A DNA stretch of 64,000 nt from Nemertoderma westbladi (Eukaryota > Animalia > Xenacoelomorpha): the NCBI GenBank assembly GCA_032718475.1, contig JAUCBJ010005698.1, forward strand, positions 2,952-66,951, read 5' to 3'. Below the pieces are notes generated by a model, which did not search any database, had not been told where the DNA came from, and saw only the letters and a program-made list of their open reading frames with translations. Shown piece after piece: positions 36,901 through 49,073 of the stretch (its first letter is position 1; each line of letters opens with the position of its first letter). Both the position numbers and the translations under genes were made by a program.

Positions 36901-37647
36901 AGTGCGCTCTGAACCAAGGTGGAACAAGTGTCAGATACCGTCAGATCAGATCAGATCAGATCAGATAAGGACAGACGTTTTAGCCATCCTACTACACCAA
37001 GGTGGGCTCTGAACCAAGGTGGAACAAGTGTCAGATACCGTCAGATCAGATCAGATCAGATAAGGACAGACGTTTTAGCCATCCTACTTTTATAATATAT
37101 AATATAGATATAATTTGAACAGAATATATTATATTGTATTAAAAAGGTCGTCTTTCAATTACGTAATCCAACTGGTTATTATTTTAAACTCATAGTAATT
37201 TAGGGTATAGATAAACACGTCAATAAACAAATTAATCACTTAATATTATAATAATAACTATTTAATTTACAAAAATAAAGTAAATTTTTTTGTCTGAATT
37301 TTTAATCTGCATTTTCGAGGAATAGTAAATTCCATATTGTTTTCGAATTCGAATGTCGAGGAAAAAATGCTTTTATTTTATCTTAATAAAACATTTTAAT
37401 CCTAAATTTTTAATAATTACCAAAGTAATTTCTGGTATTGAATAAATACTGCGAAATCAATAGGATAACATTATAGATCGTTGATTGGATAATTACATTT
37501 TAATCAGCATTTTTGGAAGTAATACCGTATAATCTACATTATTGTACGCAGAAATGACTTCATTTTAAGAAGTTTTGCGGACAATAAATAAGTAATAATG
37601 TGTGAAAATAGGTACTGAGATGCTCTCGCGTGAAGTGGCGCAGTGGG

Positions 37648-37899
37648 TGGGGGCTCGGGGATGGGGCTGGTCTCCCGTACGCCAATGGCTAGGGGATGGG
37701 GCTGGTCTCCCGTACGCCAACGGCTAGGGGCTCGGGGATGGGGCTGGTCTCCCGTACGCCAACGGCTAGGGGCTCGGGGATGGGGCTGGTCTCCCGTATG
37801 CCAACGGCTGGCTAGGGGCTCAAGGATGGGGCTGGTCTCCCATACGCCAACGGCTAGGGGCTTGGGGATGGGGTTGGTCTCCCGTATGCCAACGGCTAG
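37648..37899. repeat. 42-bp G-rich minisatellite (GGGGCTCGGGGATGGGGCTGGTCTCCCGTACGCCAACGGCTA), ~6 copies
   Basis: Direct copies. Confidence 0.9.
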
Positions 37900-38251
37900 A
37901 CTAAGCAAAGTGTATTATTATTTGCTTTTGGTGTTATCAATTATTGACTATGGTTATTATATACTATGGTGGGGGTGTTGTGGCTGAATTAATTAATAAT
38001 TTTGCATTGTTATTATTAATCCGTTAAATACTGTATATTGTGGTAATTATTTAGTAGTAATTACACTGTGTTCTATCTCGTGAAAATAGGTACAATGGTC
38101 CTACAGTAAGTTATTAGTTTATTAATTATTTTCTCTCGTTAAAGTTGTACTAGTGTAATTACGTTTTATATTGGTTTTAGAGTAGCGTTATGTATTTAAT
38201 AAATTATACTCTCGAGTTAAATTGGGGTTAAATAAAAAGTGTTAGTGAGGC

Positions 38252-39490
38252 TGTTCGCGCTTTCAGACCTTTGGCAGTTTAACCCACCAAATTAAGATGT
38301 CTTCTAGATATTAAATCAGTTTTTAGTCTATGACACGTATTTGATTCACTACACTAGTCGAAACCAATCCGTGCGCGACCATTCACCCGCTGGATATTCC
38401 CGGGAGATTGGGTTCGACGGTTTAATTTTGTTGCTATGTAAGCCTAATGTATTATTCGACTGACAGTATTATATAATCTCTGACAATATTATTTACCTTC
38501 GGGAATATTAACAGTTCCTTTAGGACGTGGCACTTTATCTACATAAACAGAGTTATGACTTAAACTACTCACAACGATATGGCTTAATTATAATTCACAT
38601 ATATGGCGCATTCTTTAGGAATTGCTTCTTTAACAGACTCACTCATACACAATGCTGCACAATACTGCACACTAATCTGCCAATCTTCACTGATTTTAGT
38701 CACATATAAAAGGAACACAGACTGACTCATGTAGGGTCTATCAAATAACATTAGATTCACTTCAAACCACTTTAACATAAGTCACAATCGTTTATCTGTA
38801 ACCCTTCTCTCTTACCTTCGGTATATCAAGAATATTGGGTTTCGGGGTGATTTATCGTTATTCCAATATAATAATTCATCAACCATATTATGAAGAACTG
38901 ACAGTAAATAGCAGTATAAAACAACAACTGAACACTGATTGTTATGAGTTTGCAATGTTTCAGCAGTCAGGATGTATGATCAGTCAGCAGTTGATTCCAT
39001 GAGTCAGGTAGGTTAAAGGATATATGCCCTTTATAATTAAACCTACTAGTGTAAGACTAAAAACAGTAAAGCACAAAATACTTCCAAGCCGTTCTTTCTT
39101 TGGCTCAGGACTGAATGTAAACAATGCACATAGGCATTGCGTCATTTCTCGGAAATTTTCTGTACAAGGAGCCACAAAAACGCTCCAATTGGCTGACTGA
39201 ACTGAGAGACGCCGTAGAACAAAGGAAATCAACACGTATGAATGTCAGCTGTTAACCGTAGTCATAGTAACTACTGTTCAAGAGTAGCTATCACCCCTTT
39301 GCGTCACGAATTGCCATAGAATCATAAAATATGCCTTTCACAGTACACATACGGAGGAAATAGGTCTTAGATCCTCTAAAAACACCGATACAGCAATAAT
39401 ACGGTCTCTTACACTTATTAAATCAACTACAGAGTATTTTAATGTAAAAGATAATAAAAATAACGGGGCAATTCAGCAAAGGCTTTTACA
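38252..39490 (-). repeat. 3' LTR
   Basis: Same length as 49074-50312 and no differences seen by eye. Confidence 0.97.
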
Positions 39491-40129
39491 CCGCTCCCAG
39501 AAAATGGGATTTTCAGTCTATAAAATATAAAAATCACAGTTTCTAAAACATAAAGATACTCTAAACAGTTAGTCTTTCTTACGCAGACGGCGTTTACGCA
39601 GTTTTTTGAGGCTAGCAAGAGTCTTTTTCTCTTTGGGGGGAGCCACTTTACTAGGAGGGCCATAACTCCTGGGTGAAGGGTGCAATATGATTGCATCAGA
39701 AGGTGTAGGATTGTGGTCGAGGTATCTGCCGTTTCGATATGCTTCTCCTCGAGCTTATTTTCCTCCGCTCGTAGCTGGATACGTTCATCCAAAAACTCTC
39801 GCAGAGAATAGGATCGTCCAAGTTCGATAACTTCTCAGAGATTCTGGATTTCCCAATCGAATTGAGATAAGGCCAATTCGTGTATCGATTGGACTCACTG
39901 TTATAACTTACGTTTATCTGAACAAACGCAGGTTTCCTTTTTGATCTTTATAAAATAGCGTTTAACTCGTTTCGTACAACGCTCTCCTTCACCTTGATGA
40001 GGGGTTGTATCGCGTTAAACGTGGACGACCATACGGTTGGATAGTGATATTAGGTGTCCGCGTCACAATCCGGCTAGGTAAGATGGGCGGCTAGCTAGAA
40101 ATCACTGTCGGAGTGTTACCGATTAATTG

Positions 40130-41116
40130 TTAGGGTAGCACTAGATCTTTGAACAGTGAATACAGTCCGCGAGGATCCGCGACACCACCAAGATCGCAGG
40201 TCTGAGGTCCAACTAAGGAATGAGGAGGTTTGACCGAGCATTCCGAAACTCTGATCATTGGTTTATTTAAGGATCGTCTGAATCGAACGAGCGTAGGTGA
40301 TACATTGAACAAGTTTCGCTCGAAACTCCTGTAAGTATAGCGAATAAAACCGTGTTTAAAGCAACGTCTCCGTGGATGCTTATGTCTTTCCGTTTGTTGG
40401 TTGGGTCTTGGGCATTCATCGCAATAATACCCAAAAACGTACGTCTTGTAGGGGGAACGCGTGTGATCTTTCTCCAGCTTACAATATTCCTCCATCCGTT
40501 CGAAGCTATTCGGTACAACAGGTAGCGGTCGATCGGCGGTAAGATACATCATAGGGGAATCGGGCCGTTTGAGTTCTACCATGCAGTCATGATGTATACC
40601 TTGAGGATATCGAGTTTCTAGATTTTGTTGACTGGCAATATTGCGATATGTTTCTATCAGGAATTCCAGATAATCGTTGAAGTCGCTGCGTTTATCCGGC
40701 TCCTCAACGTCTTCTCTTTCGATTCGGTTTCGCATAGAATTCTCATGTTCGATTCTCGGTTTATTGTTCCGCCTCCGCTGGGTATGATATTTAAATAGAA
40801 CCATTTCCCCTTTGGTGTCTATATCGTCTATATCGTGTAAATCGATAGGATGACCAGTAGTTAAGAAGGCCATATACGTACCATTACGCTGCGTATATCG
40901 AGCAGCGAATTTTCTATAGTCCAACTCACGCGCGAGCTGCTCTTGGGACATTGGCGGTTCGATATAACGACCATCGTCCTCCGCAGCAGTTGGACTAACG
41001 TCGCCGCGTATTAAGCTATCAACAAACGCTTGCAAAAGTAGAGTATATCGCTCCCCGATACCAAGAACATCTTCTATCAACTCCGTCATGTCTGCTATAT
41101 ATGAGTTTATCCACAT
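40130..41116 (-). CDS. 328-aa orphan ORF in the env position of the BEL element; Cys/His cluster; function unknown
   Basis: Long open frame in the element's sense orientation; YYCDEC...HKH...CFKH; no evident signal peptide or TM segment. Confidence 0.65.
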   Translation of the reverse strand: MWINSYIADMTELIEDVLGIGERYTLLLQAFVDSLIRGDVSPTAAEDDGRYIEPPMSQEQLARELDYRKFAARYTQRNGTYMAFLTTGHPIDLHDIDDIDTKGEMVLFKYHTQRRRNNKPRIEHENSMRNRIEREDVEEPDKRSDFNDYLEFLIETYRNIASQQNLETRYPQGIHHDCMVELKRPDSPMMYLTADRPLPVVPNSFERMEEYCKLEKDHTRSPYKTYVFGYYCDECPRPNQQTERHKHPRRRCFKHGFIRYTYRSFERNLFNVSPTLVRFRRSLNKPMIRVSECSVKPPHSLVGPQTCDLGGVADPRGLYSLFKDLVLP

Positions 41117-42745
41117 TATAAGGAGTTTATATTCAGGCTAGCGAGCGTCGCTGCCTACTCCAATTAACCCCCGGACAGTACGAGATCCTCAGCGCCGATG
41201 TGTCGTCGCCGCTGTACTTTCGCCAACGACGTAGCCGCACAACGACAACGACAACCGACACAAGTCACTCGACTGTCCGTCCCAAAGACTTAGATGTACT
41301 TCAGGTTTTCCTTGGAGAGTTAGGTTACTTTTACGATTGCGACTAGCTACTGTAAACACACCTTAGCAGTAACATTCACCTATAAACTCACAAATACCAC
41401 ACACACAACTTGTCACAAATTACACACATTCGGGCCATTTGTCCGTTAGTCAATGCCTTCCAGAATGTCACTGTATTATTATGTATCCTTGGATACTAGT
41501 AGTGCGCTATTTATTCTCTATGCTATTCAATGGGACAGGCTTTCTATTGTTCTTTTAACTCAATTCTAATTCTAGCGTGGTTGTTGCTATGGTGACATTA
41601 TGCAAAGCTAGCGGTAGAATTAGGGTAGTTCCAATGCATACAGATCTGGGATGTTATTTAATAGTATTCTTTAATAGTCAATGTTCTGTTTTATACATGA
41701 CTTTATGAATTTTATCGGCTATTGACTATGTTTGGGAGACTTTCACACACTCGTACGCATGATAAGATAAATCTCCGCTCCCTTGATTTATTAATTAATG
41801 GAATTTTGGGAACTTTATAAATTGCGTAAAATGGCAATTTATTAAATTCATTAAAAGGCATGAATTTAACTTGATTCCCTGAAATTTTATTATTTGATAA
41901 TTAAATGGACATATTTGGATTCCAGAACATGTCTGGGGACACAAGATCCTTAATTCTATGACAATTGTCTTTTTAAGAATATCGGTAAATGCTACGATAT
42001 CTTAATTGACTAGAATTGTTGAAGGATCTGAATTTTACAGATTTTGACTTATTTGATTTGTAAATATTAACTAATTAATATTTGAGATGGGCACCGATTT
42101 ATTCCAGAACTTGTCTGGGGACGTTAACCACTGATTCTATAATTTGTCTTTCAAGTATATCGGTGGGTGCCACGATATCTTAATCGACTAGAATTACAGA
42201 TGGTCAAAGGGTTTAACAGATTTATTTTGCGTTATACGCTACTGTTAAAGGGACATCACGCTACTATATGTATTATTTAATATACGGTATGAGAGCAATA
42301 TCGCACGAAGCAATGTCAGTGTGAAGAGGCAAGTCGTTTCCAAGGTCTACCCAGAGCTTGGTTTAGCCGAGACACGAGGATCTGAACTTTGCATTCCTAA
42401 TACTCTGCCTACCAATAATACTTAAATATAGTAGTGGCTTTATTGTACTTTAATAAGTACGGACATTTCATCTTACTGTAGTTACGTATTTGTAATGTAA
42501 TACGGACAGTAAGGAAGAAGGAAAAGAATTATTTCTTGCCGTCGCATTAAATATAATATATACGTAATTAAGTAATAAACGCGAATATATATTGCACTAA
42601 TCTACTAAATAATCGCTAAAATAACATTCTACTGAATAAAATTAAAGAAAACGATTATAATAGAATTACATAGTAATACATACATAAATATAAAAATAAT
42701 AAAATAATATAAAATAATAGAGTCACACACCCACTCCATATGTTG

Positions 42746-45700
42746 TTACGTTATGGAGTCCCTAGATGTTTGAAGGATTAGGGAGGTGGTCGTGGGAAGA
42801 GAATCTTGCCTTCCACAGTTTCCGGAGAGTCCTCCATTCCCTTCCGATAAACACAAACGACCGACTGGGTGATTGAGTCGCTGCATCCTGAATACAATTC
42901 CAGGTTTCCTCTTCGTCCTGGAATAGTGACGATAGAAACATCGCTCAAAGTATATGACGGCGTCACAAAGCCGATTCCAGGAGCTATAGTGGTCCGTCGC
43001 TCTCTGCAGGAGAGGTGAGAGTCTCTGCGAGACGTCTGATGTTCCAGAGCTCCAATCGCTCTCTCTGATCTTCATGAAGGATCCACTCGCGGAAGGGAGG
43101 CCCAGATCCACGGCGTCGTCCCTGGCAACATGTAATACCGACAGATCTATCCCGGGTTCAAATAACTCCGATCCACCCGTCCGGGTTTCAGGTTCGACTT
43201 TCTCCGCTCCCTTGGCTGGTCTAATCTCAGTCGGAGTAAGATGGGGAGGCCATTCATTCTCCTTACTCAGGAAGTCGGGTTCACCTAACCGATCTATAGT
43301 ATCTGTTAGTTCTTGAGGAGTTGCTCCTCTGGAAGCGATGTCCGTTGGATTAAACTTCTTGGGGCAATATCTCCATTGATCTACATTGGAGCTAAGATTG
43401 TCATTATCTGAGGAGTGTGGTGTTCCCTCAGTTGGGTCGTCTCCCTCACTAGTATCGTCTTCCCATTCACTCACCTGGCAGACACGATCTTGAAGCAGTC
43501 TTTCCCTGAGCGTTCTACGGGAAGGTCCAGTAAGGTACCAACATACTCTAGTTCTTACCGCATAGGTCTGTAGGGGCTGCGGTTGAGCAGGCCGTTTCTC
43601 TAATGTCTCCAGCGCCTCATGCGCGTTTTGGCCGATGAGTATTTGCACTCCAGGGTAATCAGTCTGGAATCGAGGTATGTTAAGATGTTGGATGCTCTCA
43701 TCCTCGTCCCAATTATAAAGGTCTGCTTGAGTAGTAGCGAAGTTCTTTATAGCCACCATTTTCACTGACCTTATGCTATGTTCTCCTAGTTCGTCTTGTG
43801 GGGTGGACAACGCGCCTACATAATAATCAGCTGTTATTGTAGATTTCCAAACTTGCATAATGCCTGACATGTTGAGCTTAGTTTGGAACTTGGGTTGTCC
43901 AGCAAATATATCTTCGGCTAGCTCTTTATCGATGAATGTTCCTGTGCTGCCGGAGTCCAGGAGGGCGTTCACTACATAACTCCGTTTAGGTCCGTGCACC
44001 CTTACCTGCACCACAGGAAACTCTCGGATTCCTATATTGGAAGTTGGCGCTTTCCAAGATGGTTGTTGATCGGAAGTAGTTAAGGTAAGGTCGCTGTCTG
44101 TGTCTTTCTCATGTACGAGTGCTCGATACACTGCGGTGGTGTTTATTAGGTAACAGGATTCGTTTTGGTCGGAGAACTCGTCCGTATAGAATCCTTCCAT
44201 CTCAGATTGATCAGTGTCGTTCACATCACTGAATTGGACATGTAGTTCGGACTCACTTACCTGACTCGGGCTGTTTCGTTCGAATTCCGTGTGCAACAAG
44301 ATATGATGTTTTGCGCCGCACTTTGCACACCTTGCGTCGGAGTTACAGGTTCGCCGTTGGTGTCCTCGTCTGAGGCAATTATAACACAACCGCTTATCCC
44401 ACATGACTTCACGTCTATCCTCGAGTGATTTCCTCAGGAATTTATCACACGCATTTAAACGGTGGGGCCCGTCGCACAGCACACATTTCGGCTTGATGTT
44501 ACTTACTTTAACCTGTGCTATGTGGTGCACACTTGTTCTTTCCTCGGGCTTTCTCACCTGAATTCCTTTAGGAGACGTAGGAGGGGTTTTTTGTATCGGT
44601 TCCCTTCTGTCATTGGGTCGAGACTTGGATTTACTTACCTGTTCTTTAGGCATTTTATTGACATAATAAGGTCTGTCAGTGTCTTTCCCGCTGTCCTCTC
44701 CTTGAGAGGTTTGGCTTTCACCGTCGTCGGTATAACATACTGGTGTTACCCTTCTCCTAGAAACGGGTTTCTCACTTACCTTGTTTTCCAATGTCTTCTC
44801 TCTGGACTGCCTTAGGAGCTGTAATTTCACTTCTCTATCTAAGAATGACATGAGATCAGTCATGGTAGGGTCTCGTCGTTGTTGTTCCATCATATATAAC
44901 ACTTTCTTATCCCAGTGTGTACCTACTCCACCCTTCGGTAAAGCAGAAGCCACTGCTCTAATAACCATAGCACTCTGATACTCATGAGACTTACCTAGCC
45001 AATCTAATTGTCTGCAGATCTCCTGAATTTCATCGGAAAACTCTATAATCCCGCTGCTAATAAACTTTCGGGGCGCTACCAACTTTGCATACAAATACCC
45101 AGCTATGTTATTCCTATTACCATACCTGATGTTTAGTGTATCCCAAACTTGTCTTAATCCGTCTGGATGTCCAATAAACCTTAACGCCATTAACTTGGGA
45201 GATCCTTCCAAGCACTCGATGAGGTATCTAAGTTTTTCTCCATTAGATAGTACAGAGTTCTGTATGTTATCTTTGTAATATTCATTAAAAGGTAACCATT
45301 TCATCTCATCTCCATTGAACTTGACGATCTCTCCAACCTTTACCGCTTGCCGGGCTTCGGTTCTAGCCATTTGACGCGTAAAACTTTCTTGGGCCATCGT
45401 GCTATTTAATATCGAGTTATCGGTATATAAATTTCTAGGATTATGGTCAGTTCTATATGGAATATCATTATCAACAGGTCTATAATTACCCTTAATAGGG
45501 TTCACTATAGGAGTTTCTACTTCGCTAGTAGTATAAATGCGTGTAGGCTCCACACCTTGCGCATGAGATACTTCAGACCTAACGGGTTGACACATTGTTA
45601 CAGAGGGTGGTGGTATACCCTTTTGGGTGTTTACTAATTTATCGCGTTCAAGCGCGATACTTTGCTGCACTTCTTGCAACTCTAGCCTACTTTCCCTTAC

Positions 45701-46888
45701 TGTGCCCTTGAACTGCTGGACAGTCTCCTGCATCTGTCCGAGCAGGATATCCATCCCCCGCCGTCTCTCGTCCACCCATTCGACCGCCGAAGCGGGAGTC
45801 GCCAACGTTGTAGCGGGCGGACGAGGGACAACGGGAGACAAATCTGGAATATTTCGCTCGGGGTCCAGGACCTGAACTGTCTCTTGGGCAGTTCCACGGG
45901 GCACAGGTAGCTTAGTGCTATGCAGAGGGAATTTAGAAGTAGTTTCAGGGAGCACAGGTGTATCTATCACCGAAGGGGTGATTTCAAGAACAGGCCTAAT
46001 TATTTCAGGCTCATCTACTATAGTAGGGAGTCTTTCTATTTTAATTATTTGGTCTGTGGGCTCTGTACTACCTAAGTTGGTGTTATTTAGTTGCCTTCTA
46101 ACAGCTGGAGGCAAATCAGGCAATTTCTGACGGTGGAATGTTCTTTTACGTCTACTTAGACGAGATCTATTTCCTTTGCCTTCAGTATCGGTGGTATCGC
46201 CTTCCTCCGATGATGTATATCCCTGTCTTTTGGGAGTAGATCGATCCATCATCCGCATATTGCTAGCCGTTAACTGTTTATTTATGCAGTCTTGATTCTC
46301 CTGAATGTTTTCCAATTCTAACTGGGTGGTTTCTTCAGTCGCTCTCCGTTCTGCTTCTGCCACTGCCTCTGCCGCCTTTCTTTCAGCTGCTGCTTCTGCC
46401 AAGGTCGCCTTTGCTTCTGCCGCTGCCTCTGCCGCCCTTGCCTCTGCCGCTGCCTCTGCCGCCCTTGCCTCTGCCGCTGCCTCTGCCGCCTTTGCCTCTG
46501 CCGCTGCCGCTTTTGCCCCTGCTGCTGCCTCTGCCGCTGCCACTTTTCTTTCTGCTTCTGCAGCTACCACTGCTGCTTTCTTTCTGTCTTCTATGCGTTT
46601 TTTCTTTACTTGTTCTTCCCTTTCTCTAGCGATGCGGAGTTGTTCATCGAATTTAGCTTGGTTCGCCGCTAACCTATCCACATCAATCGCATCTAACACA
46701 AGTTTGGCTCCTTCACTATTAGGGCTAAGCCCATCTAGTCTTCTCCGCAACTCTTCATCACCTACGAAACGCTGATAGTCTGACAGATAGATGTCAATGG
46801 CATCCCTCTTATGCGGTTTCTCTGCTGTCACTTCGCTCTCGGTTGTATCTAGTAGACTGTCTGACAGATTCTGCTTTGCGTCAGACAT
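42746..46888 (-). CDS. BEL/Pao Gag-protease polyprotein with in-frame deletions of RT, most of RNase H and the integrase core
   Basis: FNGDEMKWLPF...KLRYL...LEG (BEL Gag); CVLCDGPHRLNAC / CYNCLRRGHQRRTC / CAKCGAKHHILLH; ALLDSGS protease; then directly QWRYCPKKFNPTDIASRG and YSSWNRL; ends near HPVGRLCL. Confidence 0.92.
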   Translation of the reverse strand: MSDAKQNLSDSLLDTTESEVTAEKPHKRDAIDIYLSDYQRFVGDEELRRRLDGLSPNSEGAKLVLDAIDVDRLAANQAKFDEQLRIAREREEQVKKKRIEDRKKAAVVAAEAERKVAAAEAAAGAKAAAAEAKAAEAAAEARAAEAAAEARAAEAAAEAKATLAEAAAERKAAEAVAEAERRATEETTQLELENIQENQDCINKQLTASNMRMMDRSTPKRQGYTSSEEGDTTDTEGKGNRSRLSRRKRTFHRQKLPDLPPAVRRQLNNTNLGSTEPTDQIIKIERLPTIVDEPEIIRPVLEITPSVIDTPVLPETTSKFPLHSTKLPVPRGTAQETVQVLDPERNIPDLSPVVPRPPATTLATPASAVEWVDERRRGMDILLGQMQETVQQFKGTVRESRLELQEVQQSIALERDKLVNTQKGIPPPSVTMCQPVRSEVSHAQGVEPTRIYTTSEVETPIVNPIKGNYRPVDNDIPYRTDHNPRNLYTDNSILNSTMAQESFTRQMARTEARQAVKVGEIVKFNGDEMKWLPFNEYYKDNIQNSVLSNGEKLRYLIECLEGSPKLMALRFIGHPDGLRQVWDTLNIRYGNRNNIAGYLYAKLVAPRKFISSGIIEFSDEIQEICRQLDWLGKSHEYQSAMVIRAVASALPKGGVGTHWDKKVLYMMEQQRRDPTMTDLMSFLDREVKLQLLRQSREKTLENKVSEKPVSRRRVTPVCYTDDGESQTSQGEDSGKDTDRPYYVNKMPKEQVSKSKSRPNDRREPIQKTPPTSPKGIQVRKPEERTSVHHIAQVKVSNIKPKCVLCDGPHRLNACDKFLRKSLEDRREVMWDKRLCYNCLRRGHQRRTCNSDARCAKCGAKHHILLHTEFERNSPSQVSESELHVQFSDVNDTDQSEMEGFYTDEFSDQNESCYLINTTAVYRALVHEKDTDSDLTLTTSDQQPSWKAPTSNIGIREFPVVQVRVHGPKRSYVVNALLDSGSTGTFIDKELAEDIFAGQPKFQTKLNMSGIMQVWKSTITADYYVGALSTPQDELGEHSIRSVKMVAIKNFATTQADLYNWDEDESIQHLNIPRFQTDYPGVQILIGQNAHEALETLEKRPAQPQPLQTYAVRTRVCWYLTGPSRRTLRERLLQDRVCQVSEWEDDTSEGDDPTEGTPHSSDNDNLSSNVDQWRYCPKKFNPTDIASRGATPQELTDTIDRLGEPDFLSKENEWPPHLTPTEIRPAKGAEKVEPETRTGGSELFEPGIDLSVLHVARDDAVDLGLPSASGSFMKIRESDWSSGTSDVSQRLSPLLQRATDHYSSWNRLCDAVIYFERCFYRHYSRTKRKPGIVFRMQRLNHPVGRLCLSEGNGGLSGNCGRQDSLPTTTSLILQTSRDSIT

Positions 46889-49061
46889 GCTTATGTATAC
46901 CGTTGAATGTCTACTGCTGTATTACAGTCTGAGTAAGTCTAGTAACTCAGTATTAACTGCTAGCCTAGTAATTAATTACCGGTACTGCTACTCAGTGTAG
47001 TAGGATATATATATAATATATTAGAATACCGGTATACTTATAGTATATATAACTATATAAGTATTATTACAGACTAGGTTTATCACAGAATACCGGTATA
47101 ATTTTAGCACAAATATATATAAATATATAATAGGCCTATCGGAATACCGGTATACAGCTTACAGTTTGTAGGATATATAATTCTGAAATAGAATTAATTA
47201 CAAGTACCGGTATAATTTCAGCCTAGATTTATAGAAATAAAGATAATAGGCCTATCGTAAATACCGGTATATCAATTATTTCAAATAATTGAATTTCTGT
47301 TACTTTAGGGTTACTTGGTTACTTTACTTACTTTATTACCGTTATTTGAGCAGTAATCCAACTTATATTGAGACCTAATGGTTGTATGGTAGGCCTACGA
47401 TTTATAAATCGTTAGATTTGATTTATAATATATATATACCCGTTTTAATGGGTTTTGTCAATGTTTGAAATAAATGTTATTATTTCTGGGGAGTAATCAC
47501 TACACAAAGCGGTGCGCTTTCAGTGAAGTGTTACGTACAGGACACTAAAACAAATAATACTAATTTACCTAAGTTACTTAATACTACAAATTACGTACAA
47601 TTCGGCTGAGATTACAATCTCTAAATAAATGCAAAAATTTACAAAAAACACAAAATACGAATTTTTAGGGTAATTTTACAAGAAGTCTACAAACCAGCCT
47701 AACAAAGGGTTAGAATACCGGTCATTACAACGGACAGGGTACTACGGTATTTGAAATAATAAGTAGTAGTAAATACACTGCGTTGTCTAGATAGGAAAAT
47801 ACCACCGCCTGACGACCTATAGCCGTATCGCTATAGGTTCTACGTTATGTATCACGGAGTGTTCCTACCTAGAAGTTAATAGAGCTAATCGAATGTGCCT
47901 ATCAACCACTTTACAACACAAATATAATGTCTACAATAATTACTTCGGAAAGTACTGTACACTAAACCCTAAATTAGGTACGAGTACTTATATAACAGAT
48001 AATCAGTAGTTAAATATACTTGAACAGCTAAAAGAACCACGGCATCTGCTGGAGTGACCGATGCACAAAATCACCAGTCTTTACCTACGCCGAGCAGCCC
48101 GTGTAGTACCGGGGTTAATTTAACTATAACGGTATGTATAACAAACACAATTACTGTAGGAACAAACTTGGGGAATGAATGTTGCGGATAATCGCATAAA
48201 CTCCGAATAATAAATATTACGCTACGCGTACAAACTACTCAAACAAAATACAGACCGAACACTGACAGACTACTATCAAGCCTAAACAAACTACGGTATA
48301 TGCAGACTCCGAAATGATTAGGGAGTATGCGCTCTAACCCAGTAGTGCGACTTATTCTTTAGTTGGGGGATTACCTTACAGCGTTCGCTGCCCCTACTGC
48401 CTAATCATACTTAATCGGACAGATGATCTACACACGTGGCAATCCGTTCAGACCTAATAACAGCCAGACAACTATCCAGCCTACAAATTATCTAAATAAA
48501 ATTATACGCTACCCGTACAGACTTACACAAACAAAGTACAGACTAAACGATGGCAGACCACTCTCAAGCCTAAATAAACCACAGGACATGCAGACTCCGA
48601 AATGATTAGGGAGTATGCGCTCTAACCCAGTAGTGCGACTTATTCTTTAGTTGGGGGATTACCTTACAGCGTTCGCTGCCCCTACTGCCTAATCGTACTT
48701 AATCGGACAAGTGCTCTACACACACTGTAATCCGTTCAGACTTAACAGCAATCAGACAACAGCTCAGCCTACAAATTGTCTGTACAATCTGATCAGGCTT
48801 ACACGCCTTCTGTTCAATACTGGCCTACAAATAAATAAAACTTGACAGAAATAAGTAAACCATATAAAGGTATAAGGGGTGATCAATCCCTAATCCCCTA
48901 AACAGCCTACCGGTATACAACAATCAAATCGAATAATACTAGTGTACTTATACGGAAGTACCGGTTAGAACAGTTAGGCCTACTGACCTACAGAATGTAC
49001 CGGTTCAGGTTTACCGGTTGACCGGTACTTTCAACTTTATTGCTTACTGCAACAAAGAAGC

Positions 49062-49073
49062 TATATCCTTTAA
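49062..49073 (-). promoter_or_regulatory. Primer-binding-site position, non-tRNA type (sense TTAAAGGATATA), complementary to LTR site 49835-49846
   Basis: Abuts the 5' LTR; no TGG; 12/12 reverse-complement match inside the LTR. Confidence 0.65.

Noticed and set aside
39439-39792. Third ORF of the BEL element
   Set aside because: TTG start, in-frame stops shortly upstream, and it runs into the LTR; at most a decayed remnant or downstream exon.
40130-41116. env gene of the BEL element
   Set aside because: No signal peptide or transmembrane segment visible.
48301-48709. Hammerhead ribozyme in the duplicated leader core
   Set aside because: No CUGANGA/GAAA core arrangement found by eye on either strand.
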